Source: the human T2T-CHM13v2.0 reference genome, Homo sapiens. Taken from it: a DNA stretch of 64,000 nt. Below the pieces are notes generated by a model that was given only the letters and a program-made list of their open reading frames with translations, was not told the DNA's origin and did not search any database. The DNA lies in NCBI RefSeq assembly GCF_009914755.1, contig NC_060925.1, one strand, 5' to 3'. This document shows, piece by piece, positions 24,973-37,271 of the stretch. Both the position numbers and the translations under genes were made by a program. How positions within the stretch are numbered: the stretch's first letter is position 1; every line of letters begins with the position of its first letter.

Positions 24973-27960
24973 AGTCCACCCTTTGTCGACTTGAACCTAT
25001 ATGCATCTCCTGAGGTCATGCATAATCTTCAAATAAAGACAATAATAAGGTCATAATTATGCCTAACATAATACAACTATCCTTTGTACAACCAGAAACA
25101 CACCAATCCCCAACCCAAATACTATTACATAAAGTTAACAATACTTAAATGCTGATATGAAGTTAATAAATCTTATGTCACATGATAAAAGAAAAGGAAA
25201 TAAAATAAAGATTTTTTTCTTAGTACAAGTGTATATATACATGCACAAACATGTTTTTAGCAAAAGAAGGGGTAAATAGTCATGACAATTACAGTCCTCA
25301 TTTCTGCAGCTGGTCACATGGTCGTAGCTGGTATTGATAACTACCTTCTTCTACTACTTCTGTATTCCCTTTGCCTTCAATTAGCACCTCAGCAGGTTGT
25401 GGTTTTTGTACTGGTGGAGTGACCCAAACCTTCATTCCTGAGGGGTCTGGGCCTTTTATAGTCCTGCCTGGATCGCGCTGTTGTAGTTTCCCATTGACCT
25501 TAATCTCAGGGCATGGTAATACTAACGGATGCCCTAATGGGATCTCCTGTACTCCATGCATCCTCTTCCTTACCTCCATTGTGGAGTAGTAGACTGATTT
25601 CATCTTGATAGTCTGGGTCAATCACCCCAGCCAACACTGTAACTCCTTTCTTAGCCTGTTGACTTAAAGGTAGGAGGGTCCCAAAGTGTCCAGGTGGTAA
25701 TCTTAACTTCTAGTTAAATGGAATTGTTGTTGTGTCTCCTGGTGGCAGCGTTCCTCCCTCTAGAACTAAGACCTCTAGGCCAGCAGAACGTAAGATCACG
25801 GGAGCAGGAAGCAAAAATGTTGCTAGTTGATCACTAGGGGTGATGGTGAGTGGTGCCACTTCCACCACTTGATTTCTGGACCTGTGAATCTTGGCAATGG
25901 GAGAAACAGTACCATATGTTGGATGCTGATTCAGAGCATGCACAGCCTTCTGGAGAACTTTGCCCCAGCCCTGCAAAGTATTGTCATCTAGTAAGCATTG
26001 TAATTGTGACTTCAAAAGGCCATTCTACCGTTCTGTGAATCCAGCTGCTTCAGAATCATGAGGAACATGGTAAGACCAGTGAATTCCATGAGCATGATTC
26101 CACTGCCATGCTTCTTTAGCCACTTAAGTGAGTGCCTTGGTCAGAGACAATGCTGTGTGGAATACCATGACAGTGAACAAGGCATTCCATGAGTCCACGG
26201 ATTGTAGCCTTGGCAGAAGCATTGCATGGAGGATGGGCAAACCCATATCTGAAGTAAGTGTCTATTCCAGCGAGGACAAACCTCTGCCCTTTCCATGATG
26301 AGAGAGGTCTAGCATAATCAACCTGCCACCAGGTAGCTGCCTGATCACCCCAAGGAATGGTGCCATGTTGAGGGCTCAGTGTTGGTCTCTGCTGCTGGCA
26401 AATTGGGCACTCAGCAGTGGCTGTAGCCAGGTCAGCCTTCATGAGTGGAAGTTCATGTTGCTGAGTCCATGTGTAATTTCCATCCCTGCTACCATGGCTA
26501 CTTTGCTCATGGGTCCATTGAGTGATGACAGGGGAAAGAGGCTGAGTGGTGTCCACAGAGTGGGGCATCCCATGCACTTGATTATTAAACTCCTCCTCTG
26601 CTGAGGCCACCCGTTGGTGCATGTGGCATGCACTCACATGGCATACAAGTATCTTCACAGTTTTTGCCCACTCAGAGGGGTCCAGCCACATACCTCTTCC
26701 CCAGATTTCTTTGTCACCAATTTTCCAATCATGCTTCTTCCAAGTCCCTGACCATCCAGTCAAATCATTGGCTATTGCCCATGAATCAGTATATAATCAC
26801 ACATCTGGCCATTTATCCTTCCATGAAAATTGCCCAACCAAGTTCTGCCCACTGGGAAGATTTCCCTTCACCGTTGTCCTTCAGGGATGTCCTAGAAAGG
26901 GGCTGTAGTGCTGCAGCTGTCCACTTTCAGGTGGTGCCTGCATATTGTGCAGAACCATCTGTGAACCAGACCCTAGTCTTCTCTTCCTCTGTCAACTGAT
27001 CATAGGGAACTTCCCATGATTCCATCTGTGCAGGCTGGGGGAGAGAAGGCAGGGTGGCAGGAGTGGAGAACATGGGCATTTGAGCCACTTCCTTATGTAA
27101 CTTACTTGTGCCTTCAGGACCTGCCCAAAACTGATCACATATATACCACTTCCATTTGGTGATGGAATGCTGCTGTGCATGACCCACTTTATGGCTAGAT
27201 GGATCAGAAAGCTCCCAGTTCATGATAGGCAGTTCAGGTCGCATGGTGACTTGATGACCCGTAGTCAAAAGTTCAGTTTCCACCGAAGCCCAGTAACAGG
27301 CCAAGAGCTGTGTCTCAAAAGGAGAGTAGTTATCTGCAGAAGATGGCAGGGCCTTGCTCCAAAATCCTAGATGCTTCTGTTGAGATTCACCTATGGGAGC
27401 CTGCTAAAGGCTCCAAACAGCAACCCTATCTGCCACTGACACCTCAAGCACCATTGGATTTGCTGGGTCTTATGGCCCAAGTGGCAGAGCAGCTTGCACA
27501 GCAGCCCGGACCTGTTGCAGAGCCTTCTTCTGTTCTGGATCCCACTCAAAACTGGTAGCCTTTTAGGTCACTTGATAAATAGGCCTGAGTAACACACCCA
27601 AATGAGGAATGTGTTGCCTCCAAAATCCAAATAGGCTCACTCAGCATTGTGCCTCTTTCTTGGTTGTAGGAGGAGCCAAATGCACAACGTATCCTTCACC
27701 TTAGAAGGAGTATCTAGACAGGCCCCACACCACTGGGCCCCTAGAACTTTTACTGAGGTAGAAGGTCCCTGGATTTTAGTCAGATTTATTTCCCATCTTC
27801 TGGCAAGCAAATGTTTCACCAATAAGTCTAGTGTGTTTGCTGCTTCTTGCTCACTGGATCCAATCAGCATAATGTCATCAATGTAACGGACCACTGTAAT
27901 ATCTGGCGGAAGTGAAAAGCGATCAAAGCCTCGCCGAATAAGGTTATGACATAAAGCTGG
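24973..27960 (-). pseudogene. HERV-L internal 3' half: RT (YIDD), RNase H, integrase, dUTPase-like region; disrupted
   Basis: Minus ORFs RYIDDIMLIGSSEQ, VWFTDGSAQY, ECPICQQQRP...WWQVDY...IVSDQGTH, RSAGLEVLVLEGGTLPPGDTT. Confidence 0.95.
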
Positions 27961-28725
27961 AACTTCCACATGGTGTTGAGCCTGCAGGTGCACAGAAGTC
28001 AAGAATTGAGTTTTGAGAACCTCCGCCTAGACTTCAGAAGATGTATGGAAACGCCTGTATACCCAGGCAAAAGTTTGCTGCAGGGGCAGGGCCCTCATGG
28101 AGAACCTCCACTAGGGTAGTGCAGAAGGGAAATGTGGCGTGAGTGCCCCCCACACAGAGTCCCCACTGGGGCACTGCCTAGTGGAGCTGTGAGAAGAGGG
28201 CTACCGTCCTGAGCCCAGAATGGTAGATCCACCAACAGCTTTCACCATGCTCCTGGAAAAGCCACAGACACTCAATGCCAGCCCGTGAAAGCAGCTGGGA
28301 GGGAGGCTGTACCCTGCAAAGTCACAAAGGTGGAGATGCCCAAGACCAGAGGAAAGTTTTTGCATCAGCGTGACCTGGATATTAGAGCTGGAGTCAAAGG
28401 AGATCGTTTTGGAGCTTTAAAATTTGCCCCAATAGATTTCAGACTTGCATGGGCCCTGTAACCCCTTTGTTTTGGCTAATTTCTCCCATTTGGAACTTCT
28501 GTATTTACCCGATACCTATACCCTCATTGTGTCCAGGAAGTAACTAGCTTGCTTTTGATTTTACAGGCTCATAGGTGAAAGGGACTTGACTTGTCTCAGG
28601 TAAGCCTTTGGACTGTGGACTTTTGGATTAATGCTGAAATGAGTTAAGACTTTGGGGGACTGCTGGGAAGGCATGATTGGTTTTGAAATGTGAGGACATG
28701 AGATTTGGAGGGGCCAGGGGCAGAG
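27961..28725 (+). mobile_element. THE1 internal region, 3' portion only
   Basis: CTTCCACATGGTGTTGAGCCTGCAGGTGCACAGAAG...; colinear with the reverse complement of about 52007-52780; ends in polypurine tract GGAGGGGCCAGGGGCAGAG. Confidence 0.95.
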
Positions 28726-29079
28726 TGATATGGTTTGGCCATGTTCCCACCCAAATCTCAACTTGAATTGTATCTCCTAGGATTCTCACATGTTGTGGGA
28801 GGGACCCAGGGGTAGGTAGTTGAATCATGGGGGTCAGTCTTTCCCATGTTAATTTCGTGATAGTGAATAAGTCTCACGAGATCTGATGGGTTTATCAGGG
28901 GTTTCTGCTTTTGCTTCTTTCTCATTTTCTCTTGCTGCCACCATGTAAGAAGTGCATTTCACTTCCTGCCATGATTCTGAGGCCTTCCCAGTCATGTGGA
29001 ACTGTAAGTCCAATTAAACCTCTTTTTGTTCCCAGTTTTGGGTAAGTCTTTATCAGCAGCATGTAAATGAACTAATACA
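28726..29079 (+). mobile_element. THE1A-like 3' LTR
   Basis: TGATATGGTTTGG...GGGTTTATCAGGGGTTTCTGCTTTTGC...GAACTAATACA. Confidence 0.92.
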
Positions 29080-29224
29080 ATGGAAATAGCTGAGATCCAG
29101 CAGAGATAAGGGAAACACATGCCTTCCTGAGATCATAGACAAGGAAGGCCTCCAAGTCCTTGGATGGCGAGAGTGCAGGTCCCTCAAGTGGTCAACTGGA
29201 CAGAGCTGAGAGCTTTAAGGGCTG

Positions 29225-29410
29225 CAGACATGTCACAACTGTCATTTCATTTGCTCTTTATAATGACCTTAGAGGAGAGCAGAGCAGGCACTATTATTGT
29301 CTTCATTTTACTCATGAGAAAAGTGCCCAGGGTTTAATGAGTTATTCTGAGCCATGTGAATAACACTTGGCAGAGGTGTGACTTGAACCTAGGTATCCCC
29401 ACTCAAATTG
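29225..29410 (-). mobile_element. MIR
   Basis: CTATTATTGTCTTCATTTTACTCATGAGAAAAGTG core-like sequence. Confidence 0.6.
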
Positions 29411-29444
29411 CCTGATTTTTCTCATTAGGCCAGGCCTCTTGTCC

Positions 29445-29600
29445 AGGGCTATGCATCAGAATCACCTGGGGTGCTTGTGATACTTGTGCTTGAGCCTCAG
29501 CCTTTGAGAGTCTGATTCAGTAAATCTGGGAGCTGGGCCTGAGCCCCTGTGTTTTTTCACTTTCTGTGGGTGAATGTGAGGAGCTTCCCTTGCTAAGCAT
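29445..29600. mobile_element. MER5-family hAT-Charlie MITE remnant
   Basis: GCATCAGAATCACCTGGGGTGCTTG...CTGATTCAGTAAATCTGGG. Confidence 0.7.
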
Positions 29601-31362
29601 CTGCCTCAGACAATGCAGGCTCAGCAGCACCTCCATTGTGGTGTTACCCCAAGCTGGCTTATAGCCTTCAGCCCTGAGGAAATGCCATATGATGGGGGAG
29701 AAGTGAAGAAACTACTTTTCACTCAGTATATTCAGTGTCTAAGGAAAGACTGGAACCATGGTAGTAGTCAAGGGACGATTTAGGGCCTTTTACCTTCACA
29801 ATCTTCATGAATCGCCCATCCTTTGACAAAGACAATTAAAACAATGTTATGTATTATGTGTATTATATCCGTACAAAAATATAGTATCTTAAAAACTCAT
29901 TTGGAACATATAATCCACCCCTAAACCATGGACCTGCTATGCAAATGTAGTTTCACAGCCAGTCCCACAGCTCCCTTTTCAGGTTGACTGTCACCACTAA
30001 ACCCTTTCTCTAGATAAATCCTGGAGCTGTCAGGATGACTTATATGTGTTGCTGAAAGGGGAGTTATTTTAGTAGTGAGTGAAAAGACAGACAGCCTTAG
30101 AGAACTTCAGGGGTCTTCTGGTTGCAAGCCCTTGTTGATCTGGCACTAGGCTGGAGCTCCAGAGGCCAGGGGAACTGCTGGGTCAGGGGCTATAGAAGGA
30201 CAGTATCTCCCTAGTTTCTCCTAAAAAGGAAAAGAGATGAGCTGTCTGATGCTGAAATGCAGTGTAATTGTAATAGGAAACTGCCCAAGCAGTGACAAAA
30301 AAGATCACAGGACATATAAGGAGATGGAAGGATTAAGGAAATTGTCCATTGGCTCTTTCTCCAAGTGCTCTGCTGATTTTTCCACTCTGTTGTCACCTGA
30401 CCTCTCCTGTTGTGCAGCTCAGCATCTTAAATTGCAAAGCTGGCTTAGTCCCATGAAGGGTTTCCAACAAGATAAGCTTTTAGGAGGAAAAGGTAGACGT
30501 TAGGTGAGCAGGAAAAGGCCTCTAAGTCCCTCAACATTTGGGAAGTCCGTTTGTTTGGGTCCAGAGGGGGATAAGGAAGCTGAAAGGATGTCTACTCCAT
30601 GGGAGACAGGAGACAGGACACAAGGTGACATTAGAAAAGGGAGGATGTCCTGCAGACGGAGCTTGGAGGGGATGCCAGGATGGAAGAGCCATAACAAGAA
30701 TGTTAGTGTTAGAAAATAGGAATTTACTAAGACAAACATAACTCTTAGTTCTGAGTGTGAGCTCATGGAGGACCTAGAAGGAGATGCCAGCGTTTCAAAA
30801 CCACAGTGGAAAAGCTGGATACCATAAGCCTGGGCTCGGAACCACATAGCTTTGGAAAGACAGCTTTGTGCTGTGTTTCTTGAGTTTGAGGGCTGGCCTC
30901 TGGGTTTTGCCCCATTCTCCTTGGAACTACACTTACCTCCTACTGTGCTGGGAATAAAAAACAAATGGTTAAAGAAAGAAACAATTTAGTCTCCACTACT
31001 GATTTTAAAAAATAAATATCAAGTGACTGAGTGCTTTCTGAAGTTTAAAACTCTACCTTTACGTGGGTTAATAAGAACATTAGGACATAGCAAATGCTGC
31101 TTCCTGTGGGTCCTGCCTGATTGGAATTGAGTTTTTAAGTGGCCAAATCTGCTTGGGTTATTCTGCTTATGTAAGACATGACCCTGAAAGTGGATACATT
31201 GATATTTTAGTCTCAAGATGTATTTTTAATTCTCTAGTGATTGACTTATGCTTTGTCATGTACCAAGTACCCGGTATTAATAAATGGAATAAGTTGGACT
31301 AATGGTGCATCACTGAGGAATGGGGAGATCTGACTTCTTGGTAGGTAAAGACTTTTAATCCT

Positions 31363-31465
31363 TTTTTTTTTTTTTTTTTTTTTTTAAGATAGAGTTTCAC
31401 TCTGTGGCTCAGGCTGGAGTGCAGTGGCGTGATCATGGGTCACTGTAGCCTTAAATTCCTGGGCC
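31363..31465 (-). mobile_element. 5'-truncated AluJ/FLAM
   Basis: Poly-T followed by about 80 bp of Alu 3' end. Confidence 0.85.
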
Positions 31466-31779
31466 TTCTACATAGTTTGAAATATGCTTAGTAATTTCCC
31501 AAGGGGCATGTCATGTAGGTCAGATGGGAGGGTTCTCTTTCTGTGATTTTTTTTGAAGATTAATGTTTGTTTAACATGTTTGAGTTAGTATGCGATGACC
31601 AGGAACACAGAGAATCATTTGACCTTTAAAAGGTCAGGATGGAATAATGGCCTATTAAAGCAGTGGTATTTATCACTTTGAACAAAAACGCATCAATGGA
31701 AAGATCCTATCGTCTCATAACTAGGGTAGATATTTCAAATTGTGTATGTTCAAAAACTGAAGCTACCTATTGAAGTGAA

Positions 31780-31965
31780 ATTATACAAAGTCTGGAATTT
31801 TCTTTAGCATTTTCAAGCGAAATAGAAAAGGTGGAGGTAGACTAGATCAGCAAGATGATAATAACTGTGAAAGCTGTGTGACGGATAAACAGGGACTCAT
31901 TATACTTTGTTCTCTATTTTTGTGTAATTAGATTTTTTTTCTATAATACATTTTTTTTTAAAAAA
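31780..31965 (+). mobile_element. L1MC/ME-like 3' terminus
   Basis: CATTATACTTTGTTCTCTATTTTTGTGT...TATAATACATTTTTTTTAAAAAAG. Confidence 0.55.
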
Positions 31966-32831
31966 GTCAGAAACTAGGGACCAGAGAACTAGATAGAATC
32001 TTTGGCAAACTCTAGAGTCCTAACCCAGGAGAGCACCCTGATTTCATAAAGGTGCTGGTGAATCATATGTAGCAGAAACATGTAATGACCAGGAGTCTAG
32101 GCTGTCCTAGACAGGAGAGTCAGAGATGGTGGCCTGGGCAGGAAGGCAGGCCTCAGAGAGAGAAGCCAAATATGCCAGGCTACAAGTGCTTATTGCAGTC
32201 TGACTGTCTTCAAACTGGTCCATTTTCAGTTAGAGTGGAGAAATTGAGGCTCATGGCCTGCATTTCTGTATTTTGCATGAGGGTGATTGTAATAATTATA
32301 ATATAGTTCAAAATTAACTGTTTACATTTTTCTGTAGGAAAGCCTTCCTGGTATTTATTAGAGGACAAGTTAATCATCTGTAATTTTCCAGGCCAAAAAG
32401 GAAAATGATTCAAGGCAGATGGAATTTTGCCAGTGAGACAGCTTGGTTCTGCCCAACCAGACACCATCTCTTTTGAATAAGAGTTTATGATTTTTCTCAC
32501 AGGGGAGCTTTGAAAGTTAGGGAGGTACTTAGAGGTGCTACTTTCCTTCTGTTGGGCTTCTAAAATAATAAAGAAACATCCTGGGAAACAGAAAGTTTAT
32601 TAAAATGTCAGGGGCTTAAAGCAAAGTTACTGATGAAATTATGGTTCTCTGGTTATCATTCCAGACTCTGGAAGTATTAGAGTCTGGGTTTTGGAGTTTG
32701 ATTTTAAAAAGTATTGATGATACAGAACTAGGTGCATGCAGTCCAAAGCTTTGTAGAGGAAGGATTGTTCTCCCACTAGTTATATGTCTTAGAGGCCAAT
32801 ACTACCCAGTACACTTCGGGTACAAGTTCAT

Positions 32832-32990
32832 ATAACAGCTAATAGTTACTGCGTGTTTACCATGTGTTAAGAACTGTCAATGCAAAGTCAGTTACATAAA
32901 GGCTCTGGGATGAAGCTCATTAAGAAACATGCAGCTAGCAAATGGGAGAGCTGAGACTAGTGCACGGTGTGACATTAAAACCTATCATGA
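32832..32990 (-). mobile_element. MIR
   Basis: ATAACAGCTAATAGTTACTGCGTGTTTACCATGTG. Confidence 0.6.
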
Positions 32991-34102
32991 TGCTCAGCTA
33001 GCAATCAACAGAAGTTTCTCATGTTTCTTTTGCAGTCTCCTAACCATTTCAGTCTCTGTTCCCTCCTCACCAAGAAGCACCAATGCTAGAAGTGAGAGAG
33101 AAAAGTGCTATTTTGCTCCCAGAGAAGCCCAAACAGAGAGCAAAATGAACAACAATGGAGCACAGCTCAGATAACGAAATGCAGGACAGAGGACATACAC
33201 TGGGGACACGTGCTAGCCCATTATGAACTTTGAAAAGCAATTCTGTGGGCCTTTTCTTGCCGCCCTGCCCTGTGAGCTTTCTGCTTTCTGTGATTTGACT
33301 GTGGTGTCTGATGAAGCCCAGTGTTCACAATGGAAATTAAGTACAAGGGCTCAGTGACAGATGTTCCTTTTTGCCTTGAAGGAAGATAAACACGTAGTTT
33401 AATAGACCAAAATGTATGCGTTGGATTCTTCAGAGGGTAAGCATATAGATGCTCCCGCCCCCTCCAAATAGATCTTGTTTATCTAAAGCTTTGCTCCCAG
33501 TTGTCATTAATTGCAGATGACAGTCTCTGCCTTTGCCAGCCTGCTAGATGGTGAGTGTTGTGGCTTTTTAACCTGAAGTTTCATCTGGTCAGGGCCTGAA
33601 GTCAGACTTGATCATGGCAGCTGGAACATCATGAAGTAGTCTTGCTCTAGGCAGCTTGTTATCTTTGGAGTAACTGGGGTACGAGTGAGTCTCCCAGGCC
33701 TTGGGGTTCTTTTATCCTCCTATGCATGTGGCCTGTCTCTGGATTGCACCATAGTTCCCCCGCAGAGGCCAACATTCTGCCTAGCTCCCGAGGGTCTGGA
33801 CCTGTCTACTGTACTCTCATATCTTGGCTGAGTCTTGCGCTAAAATCTAACAAATCAGCTGGGTACAGTATTCTTCTACCCTGCTCCATCCCACCCATCA
33901 GCAAACCCCTTTGAGCACTGACCTTGATTTGTGGAATGACTGGGGCCTGGGATATGGACTACTAGCCACCTTTGAAGCAAATTCCTGTGCTGACCACTCA
34001 AGCCACTCTCATTTATAATTTTTCTTGACTCTTTCTTCTTTCCACTTACTACCGTACTCTGGTCTTTCCCCAATTCATCTCTTATTTCAAATTTGTACGG
34101 TT

Positions 34103-34560
34103 CATTCATTCATGAGTTATTTTGGGGAGCTCCACCTTCCATGTGTCGGACACTGTGCTAGGTCCTGATAGATCAAAGATAAGTAAGTCGTACCTCCTCA
34201 CAAGCAACTTACAGTGTAAGGGAGCATCTAGGCTTCTAAATAGATGATCACAATGTAAGTTGATGAGCACAAGGATCCATATATGTGTGGACAGAAGATC
34301 ATGAGTGGGGAGGGGCATATAGCTCGACAACCCATTTAATGCAAGAAAGACTTGGATATTAAAGAATGGGATGGACGTAATGTAAAGGAAACTCCAGACA
34401 GAGAGCAAATGTGAGCAAAGACTTGGAAGTAAAAACAACACGTTGAATGTAAGGAACCATAAGCATTTTTGTTATGCTAGTGAATAAAATTGAATCAGGG
34501 AATAATGAAGAGTGAGGCTGGAAAGGTAGGCAGGTGCCTTATCATGAAGAGTGTTAAAGG
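34103..34560 (-). mobile_element. L2 3' fragment
   Basis: CATTCATTCA tail, GGACACTGTGCTAGG, GAGGCTGGAAAGGTAGGCAGG. Confidence 0.7.
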
Positions 34561-35006
<446 letters not shown>

Positions 35007-35077
35007 CAATTATGACAAGTTAAAAGGCTTGGACTTTATGCTGCAGGCAATGAAAATGTATTGAAGAGTTTTGAGTT

Positions 35078-35500
35078 TGTGGCTGCTTGGCATCTGCATA
35101 TGCTTCCTGTTCATGGAATTGGATATTCTTTGCTATAGGGATTCTTTCCTATAGGAATAGATATCCCCTCCTACAGCTATCAGGCAGGTCGGGGGCAGGC
35201 ATGTGACCTGTCTCTGCCAGATAGATGCTGTGGCCCGGGACCTTAAGTTCTGAGGGAGAGAAGGGAGGAGTGTGAGCATGGTGGTGAGCTGTAGCACTGC
35301 CAGAGGTGGTGGTGTCTAGAACAAAGTTCTAAGCAGACCATTCCTGTGGCCCAGTCTTGGCTGTACCTTGTCTCCCCTGATACATGTTTGTTTCTGAGCC
35401 TGGTTCTCTAGGCTATGCATTGATTTACCTCTCTGTAATCCTTTCAGTAGAACTTTTGTTTGTAAGGTGAAGTCACAGTTGAGGCTTGTTTCAGTTGGAT
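35078..35500 (+). mobile_element. LTR33-like ERVL LTR
   Basis: GGGCAGGCATGTGACCTG...CAGACCATTCCTGTGGC...TTTCTGAGCCTGGTTCTC. Confidence 0.55.
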
Positions 35501-36198
35501 CACCCGGGTGGCATGGTCCTTCTGCTGTGTTCTGAGAGGAGTTGTGAAGACCATTTGCAATCATCCTCCTCTCTAAGCAAAGCATAAAGAGAACAAGACC
35601 TGCCCATGATTGTCCCTCTTAAGGCCTTGTGTAATCACAGAGAATGACAATATGCTGGAGGTGACCCCAGCTGGCCCTCCACTGCTGCTGTTGGACACAT
35701 TGATAGCACAGGGCAGAGAGTGTGATGGAGGCCTGTGGGGACATTTGGCTTGAACTTTTCAAAGCCCAAATGATGCTGGCCATAAAGGAAAGGCCCTGAA
35801 GTCTCCAGGGCTATTCCTTATGTGAATAGTAAATTCTCCTCAAGAAGAGGGGATAGAAAGCTGCATTAGGTAAGTATAAATAAAGATGCCATTTTGCTCT
35901 GATCTTTAAAGGATTAGCTTAATAAGAAAAAACAGTGTATATTTTCTGAACTTGCGTTAATTAAGAAAATCACTGAAGTTGTGCTTCCCATAGTTTTCCT
36001 TGTGTTTTGTCTGTTCCCTTTGTAATCCATTAAATTTTATGGCATTAGCAGGGATTTGAAGCCCAGGATTTAATCAGTAGTCATTTCTCCTGTATCAGCA
36101 CTTTTGCACAGTGCTTTGTGTATTAAGCAGTATTTTAGTGCATTGTCTGACCTTTATCTCTTGAATTGCACCACTTAATTATAACTTCTATTTTGCCA

Positions 36199-36200
<2 letters not shown>

Positions 36201-36242
<42 letters not shown>
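36201..36242. repeat. (AT)21 microsatellite
   Basis: Perfect AT run. Confidence 0.98.
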
Positions 36243-36245
<3 letters not shown>

Positions 36246-37271
36246 CAAAGGCTATGAATAGCACTTGTGAGTTTTTCCCAAAGGATCACAACAAAAGTCT
36301 AACGTGCAGAAATCAGAATTGTCCATGCATTTGGATCTGGGCAGATGCAGACTGGTAGTCTGTGCCCTCTGATGCTACGTAACTCTCCCCACGTCCTTTT
36401 TTTTTCCAACGTTAAATCATTTTAAATATGGTATTCAGGATTCTGGCTCACCCCTGGGTGCAATCCAAGTTTTGGACATGCTAGGCCATCAGATCTGAGG
36501 AAAATCATTCAATTGAATGGCATGCCCTGTTTTCCTACTGAAAGCTATGCTGATAATCCATTCTCCCTGTCTGACTGCCACACTGTCTTCTAGTGGCAGA
36601 AGTCTAAATCTTTAGGGACCCACTCTCTGTTTTCTCTCATGAGAACAGGGCTCCTCTCTTTGCACACAATGCTTTTCAGCATTGGAAGTGTTCAAACCCT
36701 TGTTCTCTTGGCCAGTACATCTGTGTTTGAGAGGATAGTAAGAAGCTCATTCATGTGGCCTCTGTCACCTCTCTGAGTCATATGGGAAAGCAAATCTAGG
36801 TTCACAGATTTGGCAACTGATAGGCTTAGTTTATTTCCAGAGCAGTTTCTCAGTATGAGTCATATCTGGGAGCATTTGATAGGACACCTTACTCTGAGCT
36901 CTGATGGGCAAATTTTGTTTTTGGGTGAGCCTGAAAGGTGAAGCTAATGGGTGAGCTGCAATCATAGCCTCCCTGATTCTATCTCTGCCTCTATCTCTCC
37001 TTCCTCTGACTTTGGTTCCCTTCCTTTCTTTCAAGACTGGTCTGTTCCTTTCCCTATTACATCTCTTTCAATAGAATCAATTTCCAAAATATGACTCTCT
37101 CCGACCTTCCTCTGCCTCAGTACTTTAGTCCAGTCTGTCCTGTCGAGTGCAAAGCTGGGTTTGGCCTCCAGAGCCAAAACGACTCATTTCACTGGGAAAA
37201 GTCCCATTGCTTCCCTTCCAGGCCTACTGGCTTCTGCACCTTAGTCAATGTATTATCTCAGAGGTATTTCT

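Noticed and set aside
25298-28002. Possibly domesticated intact pol/integrase gene
   Set aside because: Broken into several short ORFs by stops and frameshifts; ordinary HERV-L decay
30211-30964. Cluster of overlapping ORFs up to 154 aa
   Set aside because: No recognisable domain, no convincing splice structure, present on both strands; consistent with chance
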